From positions 103,105-167,104 of the forward strand of contig JAGOUW010000001.1 in the NCBI GenBank assembly GCA_018061075.1: 64,000 nt of DNA, written 5' to 3'. The notes under the pieces are model-generated. The model saw only the letters and a program-made list of their open reading frames with translations, was not told the DNA's origin and did no database searches. Positions 38,480 to 47,237 of this stretch are shown here, piece by piece. Positions within the stretch are counted from its first letter, which is position 1. Each line of letters begins with the position of its first letter. The translations under genes and the position numbers were made by a program. The stretch comes from Candidatus Levyibacteriota bacterium. GTDB lineage: Bacteria; Patescibacteriota; Microgenomatia; Levybacterales; UBA12049.

Positions 38480-39064
38480 CTAAGAGGTAAATCTTTTTCC
38501 AATCTTAGACCAGATAATTAAAGCGAGAAATGCGTTAATAATAAGTAGATAAATTGGAAAACTGTAAGTTGCGAAATTCCAATTATCGATAGTTAATAAA
38601 GTTATTATGGTTCCGATTGTAGTAAGGGCAAAGGCAATGTAGCTTTCTGTTTCAGGTTCTTTAATTGATTTAACAACTGTTGGAATTCCGGCTATAGCAT
38701 CTGCGATAATACTAAATAATATTGCTAGCACTCCGACTCCTGTAGCTAGCCAAAATATAACACCAAGTATTGAGAATAATCCACAAATAATATCAAACTT
38801 AGTTATTTTCCAGAATGCTTTTCTGTTTAGAAATGAAGTAAAGAATATTAGAAAAGGAATGAAGCCGACCATAAAGGTTAATAAAGATTGAATTCCCACG
38901 CCTTCTTTTATTTGAGCAAAAAAAGCTATCATGGGAATTGCTCCCCATAAGAACCAAGTAACTTTATTTGGTTTTACCTTTCCTTTCAGGGTTAAATATA
39001 AGTAGATTGCTCCGCCAATAGAACTTAGGATAATAGAAACATAAACAAAATTTTCATTTAACAT
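38480..39064 (-). CDS. hypothetical polytopic membrane protein
   Basis: Six predicted TM helices. No family was recognised. Confidence 0.45.
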   Translation of the reverse strand: MLNENFVYVSIILSSIGGAIYLYLTLKGKVKPNKVTWFLWGAIPMIAFFAQIKEGVGIQSLLTFMVGFIPFLIFFTSFLNRKAFWKITKFDIICGLFSILGVIFWLATGVGVLAILFSIIADAIAGIPTVVKSIKEPETESYIAFALTTIGTIITLLTIDNWNFATYSFPIYLLIINAFLALIIWSKIGKRFTS

Positions 39065-39089
39065 ACTAGGAAATTATAGCAGAAGAAGG

Positions 39090-39470
39090 TTATTTAGGGG
39101 ATTTCATAACTGAAATTATGTTTCCTGCGGGATCTTTAAACCATGCGATTTCCTGTCCCCATTCTCTGGAAATTCCTTTTTCATCAGTTTTAAATTCTTT
39201 ATATTGTTCAAAAGTTATGCCTTTGGAAATTAGATCGTCGACAGTTTTCTCGACGTTATCTACTGGAAAATTTAGAACTGTAAAGGTAGCGGGTTTATGA
39301 TTGTCTTTTGGATAGATCATGATTTCTCCGCCACTAGGAAATTTAATATTTAAAATTTCCATGTCGTCATATAACTTAATTTCTAATCCGAGAGTTTTTC
39401 CATAAAACTCTTTGGCTTTATTTAAATCATCAACGGAAAAACTTGAAAATGCGTGTGAATTTTTAAGCAT
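39090..39470 (-). CDS. VOC/glyoxalase-family protein
   Basis: '[13 protein letters not shown]' beta-alpha-beta-beta-beta start and '[11 protein letters not shown]' end. Confidence 0.65.
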   Translation of the reverse strand: MLKNSHAFSSFSVDDLNKAKEFYGKTLGLEIKLYDDMEILNIKFPSGGEIMIYPKDNHKPATFTVLNFPVDNVEKTVDDLISKGITFEQYKEFKTDEKGISREWGQEIAWFKDPAGNIISVMKSPK

Positions 39471-39488
39471 ATTTTAATTATATCAAAG

Positions 39489-40019
39489 TTAAACAGCGCG
39501 GTCTGCTTCTTCTGGGCTGATGGGGCGAGCCATGTGGATAAGGCTTGCTATTCCCCAAGCGATTAATGCATAAATTACTGCAGCAAAAATAGTAGACCAT
39601 TCAATTACAGAATTTCCTGAGGTGGTAGGTTTTATTATACCCGCAAAAGGAAGAACTAGTAAATCTGAAATTGAATATATAAGATTTACAAAACCTGAAA
39701 ATGGGTTTGCTCCAATTGCCTTAAGAGTAACTCTAAGACCAATAATTACCTCAATAACAGCTAGAATATACCAGATAACTTGCCAGGATCTAAAAATATT
39801 TTTCTTTGTGTTGTAAGCCGTTTGTGGATGCGTAGCTTCAACTAACGGTTCATGAATTGTTTTAGTTTGTCTTACGGTAGATGTGTCAGGGGAATTAATT
39901 ACTTCCTCTTTCGCATCCACCACCTGAGTATGGATGTCAGGATTAACAACAGTCTTAGTATTTCGTATGATCGTCGGATCCGTTTCATCTTCTTCAATAA
40001 CCGTTCGCTTAATAGCCAT
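39489..40019 (-). CDS. YggT-like membrane protein with N-terminal extension
   Basis: C-terminal 'GLRVTLKAIGANPFSGFVNLIYSISDLLVLPFAG' resembles the YggT repeat. Confidence 0.45.
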   Translation of the reverse strand: MAIKRTVIEEDETDPTIIRNTKTVVNPDIHTQVVDAKEEVINSPDTSTVRQTKTIHEPLVEATHPQTAYNTKKNIFRSWQVIWYILAVIEVIIGLRVTLKAIGANPFSGFVNLIYSISDLLVLPFAGIIKPTTSGNSVIEWSTIFAAVIYALIAWGIASLIHMARPISPEEADRAV

Positions 40020-40039
40020 AATTATACCTAAGCATAGTC

Positions 40040-40063
40040 TTAATTGCTTCGGAAAGCAATTAA
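40040..40063. repeat. perfect 10-bp stem / 4-nt loop hairpin (TTAATTGCTT-CGGA-AAGCAATTAA)
   Basis: Read directly. No adjoining U/T tract on either strand. Confidence 0.7.
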
Positions 40064-40095
40064 AGCAATGTATGAATTGGGAAAGAGGCTGAGTG

Positions 40096-40467
40096 TTACT
40101 TAAGACTTTCTTCTACTCGGAATTTTACTACTTTTTTAATTAAGTCAAATGGAATTTCTTCATCATATGAAAACTGAAGGGTTCCTTTACCTGTTTTATA
40201 TTTTAATAATTCTTTTTCAAATTGATTAATTCCAGAAGGTGCAGGGAAAAAACCGATGTGATTTTTAAAAGCTGCGAAATGAACTAAATTTCCATTCAGA
40301 TAAAAAGTAGGCATTCCGTAGGATATTTTTTCTGTGGCATTTGGCGCTTCTTCTTTTATAGTTTTTCTTATTTTTTCAAGAATTACTTGAGTTTCTTTAG
40401 GAAATGTAGAAATATATTCATCAATCGACTTATAAGCTTTCATTTTTTGTAAATAAATTTTTCCCAA
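40096..40467 (-). CDS. DUF1801 (YdhG-like) domain protein
   Basis: 'ISYGMPTFYLNGNLVHFAAFKNHIGFFP'. Confidence 0.7.
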   Translation of the reverse strand: MGKIYLQKMKAYKSIDEYISTFPKETQVILEKIRKTIKEEAPNATEKISYGMPTFYLNGNLVHFAAFKNHIGFFPAPSGINQFEKELLKYKTGKGTLQFSYDEEIPFDLIKKVVKFRVEESLK

Positions 40468-40706
40468 ATTTTTTTAAAGTATGAAAGGCTTAATGTGGAG
40501 AGAAGAAAACCAATTGCAGGAACTATAGCATTAATCCAGGGATCAATTTTAACTATAAATTTTAGATAAATAGCGATTGATAAATATGTGAATAGAATTA
40601 TTAGGAGTTTTCTAAAATAGCTTGTTTCCCATGCTTTATCTTTCTCCACAATATTTTTGCGTTGTTCAATTTTGGAAACTCTTTCTTCAAGATTTAATTC
40701 GCTCAT
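40440..40706 (-). CDS. hypothetical two-TM membrane protein
   Basis: ORF with two hydrophobic helices. It overlaps the downstream gene by 28 nt. Confidence 0.4.
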   Translation of the reverse strand: MSELNLEERVSKIEQRKNIVEKDKAWETSYFRKLLIILFTYLSIAIYLKFIVKIDPWINAIVPAIGFLLSTLSLSYFKKIWEKFIYKK

Positions 40707-40722
40707 AGATTAATTATTTGAG

Positions 40723-41346
40723 TTATTGAATTTTCTTTAAAAAATATTTTACTTGCTCATCAGGGATTCCAACTTCACTCAATCTTTTTATAATTTCTCT
40801 TTCGCTAACTTTATTTTTCTTCCACTTGCTAGTTGAAGCTTCTATGAATTCTCTAATTTCATGTGGAAAAACTACCCAAGCAGTTGTTTCAAATGCATAG
40901 TAATCAGGAGTAATGCAAGAATGAGGTTTATAGCAAAGAGAAGCAATTTTTATATTTTCTGCTCCCATCACTTTTAAATATTCAGAAGCTTTCCTAACTG
41001 TTTCTCCGGTATCAATTACTTCATCGAAGAGTAAAATTTTTTGTCCATGAATAGAATCTGTTAAGGGTTGAATTAATTGTGGCTCCATAGATTCATTAAT
41101 TCCTTGATAAGATTTAAATCTCACTGAAGAAATTTCATCAATTCCTAGGTAATCCATTAGAGTTCTCGCCCACGTCCATCCACCTTTTGCTAATGCTACC
41201 ACTCGATCAAATTTTTCTCCTGATTCTAAAATTTCTTCAGCTAACTTAAAAGTATATTCTCCCATTTGCTCCCACGTAGGAGAAACATAAGATATTCCAT
41301 CATATTCATTTTCCCTAGGTTTTACATGAGAATTTTTAGGTTTCAT
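40723..41346 (-). CDS. purine phosphoribosyltransferase family protein
   Basis: PRPP-binding motif 'ILLFDEVIDTGETV'. Confidence 0.7.
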   Translation of the reverse strand: MKPKNSHVKPRENEYDGISYVSPTWEQMGEYTFKLAEEILESGEKFDRVVALAKGGWTWARTLMDYLGIDEISSVRFKSYQGINESMEPQLIQPLTDSIHGQKILLFDEVIDTGETVRKASEYLKVMGAENIKIASLCYKPHSCITPDYYAFETTAWVVFPHEIREFIEASTSKWKKNKVSEREIIKRLSEVGIPDEQVKYFLKKIQ

Positions 41347-41383
41347 GTGGCAATTATATCAGAGATTAAAGTGTGATACAGTT

Positions 41384-41968
41384 ATGCCTATGTTTTTAAT
41401 TTCTAGTGATTATTTAGAGGTAAGAAAAGTTAAAGGAAAAGGCAGCGGAATTTTCGCTCTTAAAAATATTTCCAAGGGTTTAGTTATCGGAGATTATCTT
41501 GGGAAAGTATTGTATCCCGAAGAAGCATTAATCGACGAAGAGAATTTTTATCTAATGTATTATCACGACCGAGCAGTAATATCTCCAGATTTAAAAAAAG
41601 TTGGACCACATCTAATTAATCATTCATGTGTTCCAAATTCTTTTCTTTATGTTTATAAAGGTCATACTTTAGTTTTTGCTCTCAGAAAAATTCTAAAAGG
41701 TGAAGAGTTAACTATACCATACCTACTTCCACCTATTGACGAATATTGTAATCCTTGTCTTCATGTTTGTAGCTGCGGAAGTTTGAATTGTAAAAAAACT
41801 ATGCATATGTCAAGAGAAAAATATAATTATTGGCGAAAAATTACAGACAGGCAATCCAAGGAAACAAAAAAAGAAAGAATCAGGTATGGAAAAAATCTTG
41901 CGATTCTAACTAGCTATCCGAAATTTATTCTCGAGGAGTATATAAATGAAATTAAAGAAATATTATAA
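41384..41968 (+). CDS. SET-domain protein (putative lysine methyltransferase); start revised from 41345
   Basis: 'GSGIFALKNI', 'NHSCVPNS', 'GEELTIPY' and the Cys cluster 'CNPCLHVCSCGSLNC'. The track start would overlap the divergent gene's start. Confidence 0.75.
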   Translation: MPMFLISSDYLEVRKVKGKGSGIFALKNISKGLVIGDYLGKVLYPEEALIDEENFYLMYYHDRAVISPDLKKVGPHLINHSCVPNSFLYVYKGHTLVFALRKILKGEELTIPYLLPPIDEYCNPCLHVCSCGSLNCKKTMHMSREKYNYWRKITDRQSKETKKERIRYGKNLAILTSYPKFILEEYINEIKEIL

Positions 41969-42193
41969 TTCGTATCCCCCAGATGGAGGATCATCTGATT
42001 CGGTTACTGCAATATATATTTCATCAATGTCAATTTGTTCACCATCATCAAATTGAAATTCTTTATGATCCTCGTTATATTCCACCAAGTGTTTTCTTAT
42101 TCCGTGATATAGAGCTTTTGATGCTTCGTGTTTGCTGTTATGGAAAGTATAAAATATCCGCGTACAATACGAGCAAGAATGTGAGTAATACAT
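41963..42193 (-). CDS. small zinc-finger-like protein with acidic tail (76 aa)
   Basis: TGaTATAAT (42208..42200) sits 6 nt upstream of the ATG. 'CSYCTRIFYTFHNSKH' follows a C-x2-C-x7-H-x3-H pattern. Confidence 0.55.
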   Translation of the reverse strand: MYYSHSCSYCTRIFYTFHNSKHEASKALYHGIRKHLVEYNEDHKEFQFDDGEQIDIDEIYIAVTESDDPPSGGYEL

Positions 42194-42199
42194 TTTGTG

Positions 42200-42208
42200 A
42201 TTATATCA
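42200..42208 (-). promoter_or_regulatory. extended -10 (TGaTATAAT), 6 nt before ATG 42193
   Basis: Read directly. Confidence 0.6.
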
Positions 42209-42212
42209 CCAA

Positions 42213-42668
42213 TTATTTATTTAAAAGAACGATTGATAGATTAAGAATAGAGGCAAAGCTTACCCAGAAAAGATATGGATATAAAATGTAGGAAGCAGTT
42301 TTATTAACTTTTTTAAAAGATTTTATAGTTTGAAAAATACTGATCCAGAGAAGAATTATAATTATAAAAGCAAATAGCGGATTTTTTAATCCAAAAAATA
42401 TAATTGACCAAACAGTGTTAAGAGAAAGTTGAATCCAGAACCATTTTAAATCGGTTTTTTTCTTACCCCAAACTAAAAATAATGACACTCCCATCAAAAA
42501 ATATAGAGTTGTCCACACTGGTCCAAATACAAATGATGGAGGATTGAAAAATGGTTTTTCTAAAGTTAAGTACCAGGTGTTAACGGAATTAAAAGTAAAG
42601 ATGGATCCGATTAGTCCTGCAGCCTGACATAAAAAAATAAATCCAACAAGTCTTAATAAATCTTTCAC
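42213..42668 (-). CDS. tspO: TspO/MBR family tryptophan-rich sensory protein
   Basis: 'FFNPPSFVFGPVWTTLYFLMG' and 'YPYLFWVSFASILN'. Promoter layout is TTGACA-17-GATTAT-6-GTG. Confidence 0.85.
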   Translation of the reverse strand: MKDLLRLVGFIFLCQAAGLIGSIFTFNSVNTWYLTLEKPFFNPPSFVFGPVWTTLYFLMGVSLFLVWGKKKTDLKWFWIQLSLNTVWSIIFFGLKNPLFAFIIIILLWISIFQTIKSFKKVNKTASYILYPYLFWVSFASILNLSIVLLNK

Positions 42669-42674
42669 TATATT

Positions 42675-42703
42675 ATAATCTCAGGTTGAGGATTTGATGT
42701 CAA
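42675..42703 (-). promoter_or_regulatory. TTGACA-17-GATTAT, 6 nt before tspO GTG 42668
   Basis: Read directly. Confidence 0.55.
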
Positions 42704-43021
42704 TTTGAGGACTTATTATTCTCCAGCTTCGTTTATTATTTCTTCTTTTTGACGCTGAGCCTCTTCATCTATATGATCGATTTGTGTTTTTGGGTCATTC
42801 ATAAATTTACTACTTATGTATTACTATTGTCCTTTATGTGTATGTCTTTAAAATTCTTGATAAATTATTAAAAAATTTGCATAACGATCCAAATAAGAAC
42901 TAATATTCCAACGGGTATTCCTAGAATCTATCCCATTAAATATTTCATATGCTTGATATGCTAGAGATTTTTTATGTGAGAAAAATTAAGAATATGTAAT
43001 AGGAGTGTAAAACTATCAGGA

Positions 43022-43783
43022 TTACATAACGCTATTCACAGATGAGTTGTTAATCTTATTTATTAAAAGTGGATTTTTATGATGATAAATTTCGGTAACT
43101 ATACTGACCAGATAATTTCCTAATATTTCTGTATTATCAATAATTTCATCTGGATCTTTATTTATTAGGTGATTTGCCCATGCATCTGATCTCCATTTTT
43201 CAATAACCATATGAAATTCATTAATTATAAAATCTTTAAAAATTAGACTTCCAAAACCTAGTAAATCATGTTTTTTAATCAGTATTTTCATTACATCTGG
43301 TATTACTTCCATGAGAATGTCATTTACTAAAAAATAATCTTTTTCATTTGAATATTTTAATTTAGAAATCGAAGAATATAAGTCAGCATTGATATGGGCA
43401 TTTATCCCAAGTAAAATTTGTAAAAATGGAATTCCATTCGGATCAGAGGTATATTTAAAATAAGACTGCCACGGCTTGGTTAAATCACCTTTTTCTATAA
43501 ATTTTAGAACCGGGCCGAAATATAAAGAGGCAAAATATATATCAAGTTTTTCGACTGATTTAAAATCTTTGAAATAAGATTTTTTTAAATTATATTTTTC
43601 TGCGACGGCAATAGTAACTAAAAGATAAGTTTCGAGAAACGGAGCAAGGGATGATTTTTCTTTATTATCCTTAAAATATTGTAATAAAACTTCCATCCTT
43701 CCGATAATTGTATATATCGTTTCTTCTTTGGGATTGTTTAATACTAATAGTTTTTTTAAATCAAATTTATCTTTTGTAGGCAT
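43022..43783 (-). CDS. hypothetical protein (DUF5995-like)
   Basis: 'LLGINAHINADL' resembles DUF5995. This is recalled from memory and weak. Confidence 0.35.
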   Translation of the reverse strand: MPTKDKFDLKKLLVLNNPKEETIYTIIGRMEVLLQYFKDNKEKSSLAPFLETYLLVTIAVAEKYNLKKSYFKDFKSVEKLDIYFASLYFGPVLKFIEKGDLTKPWQSYFKYTSDPNGIPFLQILLGINAHINADLYSSISKLKYSNEKDYFLVNDILMEVIPDVMKILIKKHDLLGFGSLIFKDFIINEFHMVIEKWRSDAWANHLINKDPDEIIDNTEILGNYLVSIVTEIYHHKNPLLINKINNSSVNSVM

Positions 43784-43804
43784 TAACTTAATTGTAGCAG
43801 ATGA

Positions 43805-44578
43805 TTACTTGGTATTTTTTTGAGGAAGAGGGAAAAAAATACTAGTTTTCTTTTTGTATTCTTCAAAATCTGCTCTTCCTTTATATTTATTTTCAAGAAG
43901 AGGAATTCCAGAGACAAATAATATTAGAATAGAAATTGTGATAGGGCCTACTATTCCAAAGACTCCATTAGATGCAGTTAAGGCTATTAACCAGACGCCC
44001 CACCATTGTGTTACTTCTCCGAAGTAATTTGGATGTCTTGAATATTTCCAAAGCCCTTCGGTCATAAGCTTTCCCTTGTTCTCAGGATTTCTTATAAATA
44101 GTGAAAGCTGCTTATCTGATATTAATTCAAATAAAAAACCAATTATCCAAATGCATAATCCAATTAAAAGAATAAGACTTATTGATTGAGTGGGATTTTG
44201 ATTTGCAATTAATATAGGGACTGAAACCAGGAATAGGAAAAATCCCTGTAGAATAAAAATTTGTAAATACGATCTAACTAGAAATAAATTTCCCCAACTT
44301 TTTCTCCACACTTGATAACGTCCGTCCTCCTCTTTTCCTTTATGACGAGCGTGAATATGTAGAAAAAGGCGCAGTCCCCAAATACTTACTAGTGTGTTTA
44401 TTAAAACATTCTGAAGCTCTATATTTCCTGAAATAAATAATGCACCCCATGCTAACAAAATAAATCCTAGTCCCCATGCTTCATCTGCGACATCATTTCT
44501 TTTTTTAACTAATGAAACAACAAACCACAAATTCATGTATATAAAAAGAATTGAAGCAAGGATTATGAAATAATTCAT
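43805..44578 (-). CDS. DUF1295 / steroid 5-alpha-reductase-like membrane protein
   Basis: 'GLWKYSRHPNYFGEVTQWWG'. Confidence 0.75.
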   Translation of the reverse strand: MNYFIILASILFIYMNLWFVVSLVKKRNDVADEAWGLGFILLAWGALFISGNIELQNVLINTLVSIWGLRLFLHIHARHKGKEEDGRYQVWRKSWGNLFLVRSYLQIFILQGFFLFLVSVPILIANQNPTQSISLILLIGLCIWIIGFLFELISDKQLSLFIRNPENKGKLMTEGLWKYSRHPNYFGEVTQWWGVWLIALTASNGVFGIVGPITISILILFVSGIPLLENKYKGRADFEEYKKKTSIFFPLPQKNTK

Positions 44579-44973
44579 AGACCCAGTTTAGAAGCGATCA
44601 GATAGGTAATTGCGGATACAGAGGCTGCGAGGATTGTTCCCCACATCATGTCTACGATAGTTAGTGAGAAGGGCCAGTTTTTAAGTGTTGCAAGATTAGT
44701 TAAATCGTAAGTAGCATATGCGAAAAATCCAAATAATCCTCCCATGATTACAGCATGCATTAAAGACTTTTTCTCAATTGCAGGAGAGATTACAAAAATT
44801 ATTAGTCCTACTATAAATAAAGCATAAAAAATTAGAGCAGCCGGCCAATTTATATTGGATTTCATAAGGCTTCCTAATTGTTCTAGGTAAAATTTCCTTG
44901 CGATTAGTGCTAACCAAATAAAATCAATTGCAAAGAATACGGGTAGTGCTATAGCGTAAAGCTTTATGAACAT
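44575..44973 (-). CDS. DUF2177 membrane protein
   Basis: 'LPVFFAIDFIWLALIARKFY' start and four TM helices. Confidence 0.6.
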   Translation of the reverse strand: MFIKLYAIALPVFFAIDFIWLALIARKFYLEQLGSLMKSNINWPAALIFYALFIVGLIIFVISPAIEKKSLMHAVIMGGLFGFFAYATYDLTNLATLKNWPFSLTIVDMMWGTILAASVSAITYLIASKLGL

Positions 44974-44976
44974 AGT

Positions 44977-45366
44977 TTAATTATATTTGAAATACATCCA
45001 GCTAGTCCAGTTGCCTTTCTCACTCCACTTAATAGCTTTTCTTATTTCATATTGGCTAATAACTTTATCTAGTGGTTCCCGGTCGGGCATGTCTTCCTTA
45101 TAAATGCTATTCAAAAATGGGAGTGATTTTTTATCAGCTAATTGACCTAGTGTCCAAATGGCATCATTCTTTTCTTTTATAGTAGAATTGTTAGATTGAA
45201 AAGTTTTAATTAGTGATTCTCGGCAATTTGTTTTATATTCTAAAATCGCATTATTACAAACTTTTCTAACTTCGAGAAATAAAATTAGATAAATTGAAAA
45301 AATAATTAATAAAAATAGTAGAAGAATTGAGGTGAATGAAAAAATAAGAAATTTTTTAATTTTCAT
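44977..45366 (-). CDS. hypothetical anchored protein (HEAT-like repeat)
   Basis: One TM helix. 'AIWTLGQLADKKSLPFL' is HEAT/PBS-lyase-like. Confidence 0.4.
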   Translation of the reverse strand: MKIKKFLIFSFTSILLLFLLIIFSIYLILFLEVRKVCNNAILEYKTNCRESLIKTFQSNNSTIKEKNDAIWTLGQLADKKSLPFLNSIYKEDMPDREPLDKVISQYEIRKAIKWSEKGNWTSWMYFKYN

Positions 45367-45371
45367 TAAAT

Positions 45372-45668
45372 CTATATTTTTTTCTCAATTATTTTATAAA
45401 AAGTAAGTGCGAAGTAGCTGAGAATTAGTACAAATAAAAATTCCTCTATTGGCATAAAACCTATCTTAGGGCCTAATAGAAATTCTTTACTAAAAGTCCA
45501 ATGTCCGCGTGCGATTGCAATCTGATCCCAAATGGTTGCAAGGAAAACATTAATGGAATTAAAAATTATAAAATGCTTTGGAGATTTATAAATTTTAATT
45601 TTAAAATAAAAATGAAGTAAAACTGTTACCAAAAAAACTAAGATTAAGATTATTAAATATTCCGGCAT
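45372..45668 (-). CDS. lycopene cyclase domain-containing small membrane protein
   Basis: 98 aa with three TM helices and 'MPIEEFLFVLIL' (PxEE motif). TGcTATACT sits 6 nt upstream of the ATG. Confidence 0.55.
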   Translation of the reverse strand: MPEYLIILILVFLVTVLLHFYFKIKIYKSPKHFIIFNSINVFLATIWDQIAIARGHWTFSKEFLLGPKIGFMPIEEFLFVLILSYFALTFYKIIEKKI

Positions 45669-45674
45669 GAATTT

Positions 45675-45683
45675 AGTATAGCA
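45675..45683 (-). promoter_or_regulatory. extended -10 (TGcTATACT), 6 nt before ATG 45668
   Basis: Read directly. Confidence 0.6.
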
Positions 45684-45728
45684 AATTAATATATTTAGTT
45701 AGTATTGCTATAATAGCCAAACTTATTT

Positions 45729-46205
45729 ATGAAATATTTTGCATATGGATCAAATATGGATGTCGGACAAATGGAGGAAAGAGGAGTAGTTTTTAGCTCT
45801 GTGAGTCCAGCAATTCTTAATGATTATGCGCTAGTTTTTAATAAACAGTCTAGAAAATATCCTGCTATTGGTTTTGCAAATATCGTTCCCAAAGATGGCT
45901 CAATTGTAGAAGGAGCGCTCTACGAATTACAAGATAAAGACCTTCTTAAGCTTGATCGATTTGAAGGTTATCCAGTTCATTATCTTAGGGATCAAGTGAA
46001 AGTTTTATCAGGTGATCAGATGGTTCGAGCGCATGTGTATGTCGGAAGTCCTGGAATGTTAAGAGAGGGTTTAGTTCCAAGCAGGCAATATTTGGATCAT
46101 CTACTAGTAGGTAGGGCTTTTATGTCCGATGGATATTTACTTAGTCTTCAGCAGGTTCCAGTATTAGATTTGCAAGAAGGTACAATTCGAAGAAAAGAAC
46201 GATAG
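45729..46205 (+). CDS. gamma-glutamylcyclotransferase (AIG2/GGACT-like), GC-rich
   Basis: 'YFAYGSNM' and 'LDRFEGYP' motifs. Confidence 0.75.
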   Translation: MKYFAYGSNMDVGQMEERGVVFSSVSPAILNDYALVFNKQSRKYPAIGFANIVPKDGSIVEGALYELQDKDLLKLDRFEGYPVHYLRDQVKVLSGDQMVRAHVYVGSPGMLREGLVPSRQYLDHLLVGRAFMSDGYLLSLQQVPVLDLQEGTIRRKER

Positions 46206-46227
46206 CATGAATAACGATAAGAATATA

Positions 46228-46256
46228 TTGACAAACGATATAGCTTAGATTAATAT
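46228..46256 (+). promoter_or_regulatory. TTGACA-17-TAATAT, 6 nt before ATG 46263
   Basis: Read directly. Confidence 0.65.
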
Positions 46257-46262
46257 TGGCGT

Positions 46263-46739
46263 ATGAAAAGAAGTTCCACGTTGTTTCTTAGATTTGCCAT
46301 ATGTCTTCTTGGATTGAGCGCAGTTATAGGTATGATTTGGTTTCCTCAAGCTGAAGGAAGAGCTACTAATCTAAACCTAATTAATATTTATGCAGATCCG
46401 TTTATTATCTACACATATATTGCGTCCACGCCATTTTTTATTGGTTTATATCAAGCATTTAAATTATTAAATTTAATTGATGCTGATAAAGCTTTTTCCC
46501 AATCAGCTGTTAATACGCTTAGAAATATGAAGTATGCTTCGCTTGTCCTTATCGGTTTTATTTTATTAGCAATTCTTTTTATTCGTTTCTTCGTTAACGG
46601 CGATGATCCAGCAGGTCCCACAATGCTTGGAATTATTGCATCGTTTGCAGTTGCTGTAATTGCTACCGCTGCTACTGTTTTTCAAAAACTTTTCCAGAAT
46701 GCAGTAAATATTAAATCTGAAAACGATTTAACAGTATAA
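46263..46739 (+). CDS. DUF2975-like membrane protein
   Basis: Four TM helices. It lies upstream of a YozG-type HTH, the usual pairing. Promoter layout is TTGACA-17-TAATAT-6-ATG. Confidence 0.55.
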   Translation: MKRSSTLFLRFAICLLGLSAVIGMIWFPQAEGRATNLNLINIYADPFIIYTYIASTPFFIGLYQAFKLLNLIDADKAFSQSAVNTLRNMKYASLVLIGFILLAILFIRFFVNGDDPAGPTMLGIIASFAVAVIATAATVFQKLFQNAVNIKSENDLTV

Positions 46740-46752
46740 AGTAAGACAGGAA

Positions 46753-47022
46753 ATGAAAAAAGTTATTTACGTCATTATTTGTATTTGTATTATTATTACG
46801 CTCTTTTTTGGTGTGTTAGTTATACATGGATCAAGAGTTGTTAATAGAGTTGGCGATAATATGTATGCCAATTTTGTTAATAATTGTGAGCCTGGGTCAG
46901 TGAGAATAAGAAGATCTTTTTTGGGTGTATCTGTTGAAGGTTGGGATTGTGATGGACCAGAAAGTGGTGGCCAAGGATTTAGTACAACTTTATTTGCACA
47001 TTACTTTTGGTTAAATAGGTAA
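46753..47022 (+). CDS. hypothetical small anchored protein
   Basis: ORF with one N-terminal TM helix. No motif was recognised. Confidence 0.35.
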   Translation: MKKVIYVIICICIIITLFFGVLVIHGSRVVNRVGDNMYANFVNNCEPGSVRIRRSFLGVSVEGWDCDGPESGGQGFSTTLFAHYFWLNR

Positions 47023-47027
47023 AAATT

Positions 47028-47237
47028 ATGGCAATAATAATTAATATTGACGTTATGCTGGCAAGGCGTAAAATGAGCGTTACAGAACTTACGGAAAAAG
47101 TAGGAATTACTATGGCTAATCTTTCAATTCTAAAAAATGGGAAGGCAAAAGCTATACGGTTTTCAACCCTAGAAGCAATCTGCAAAGCGCTCGACTGTCA
47201 GCCCGGAGACATTTTGGAGTATGAAAATAAAAAATAA
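47028..47237 (+). CDS. YozG-like Cro/C1-type HTH transcriptional regulator
   Basis: 'IDVMLARRKMSVTELTEKVGITMANLSILKNGKAKAIRFSTLEAICKALDCQPGDILEY'. Confidence 0.8.
   Translation: MAIIINIDVMLARRKMSVTELTEKVGITMANLSILKNGKAKAIRFSTLEAICKALDCQPGDILEYENKK

Noticed and set aside
42868-42948. A minus-strand small TM ORF is interrupted by an in-frame TAG (MKYLMG*ILGIPVGILVLIWIVMQIF). This could indicate stop-codon recoding or a pseudogene.
   Set aside because: I saw no other sign of TAG readthrough in conserved genes, and there is no convincing promoter. It is too short to distinguish from chance.
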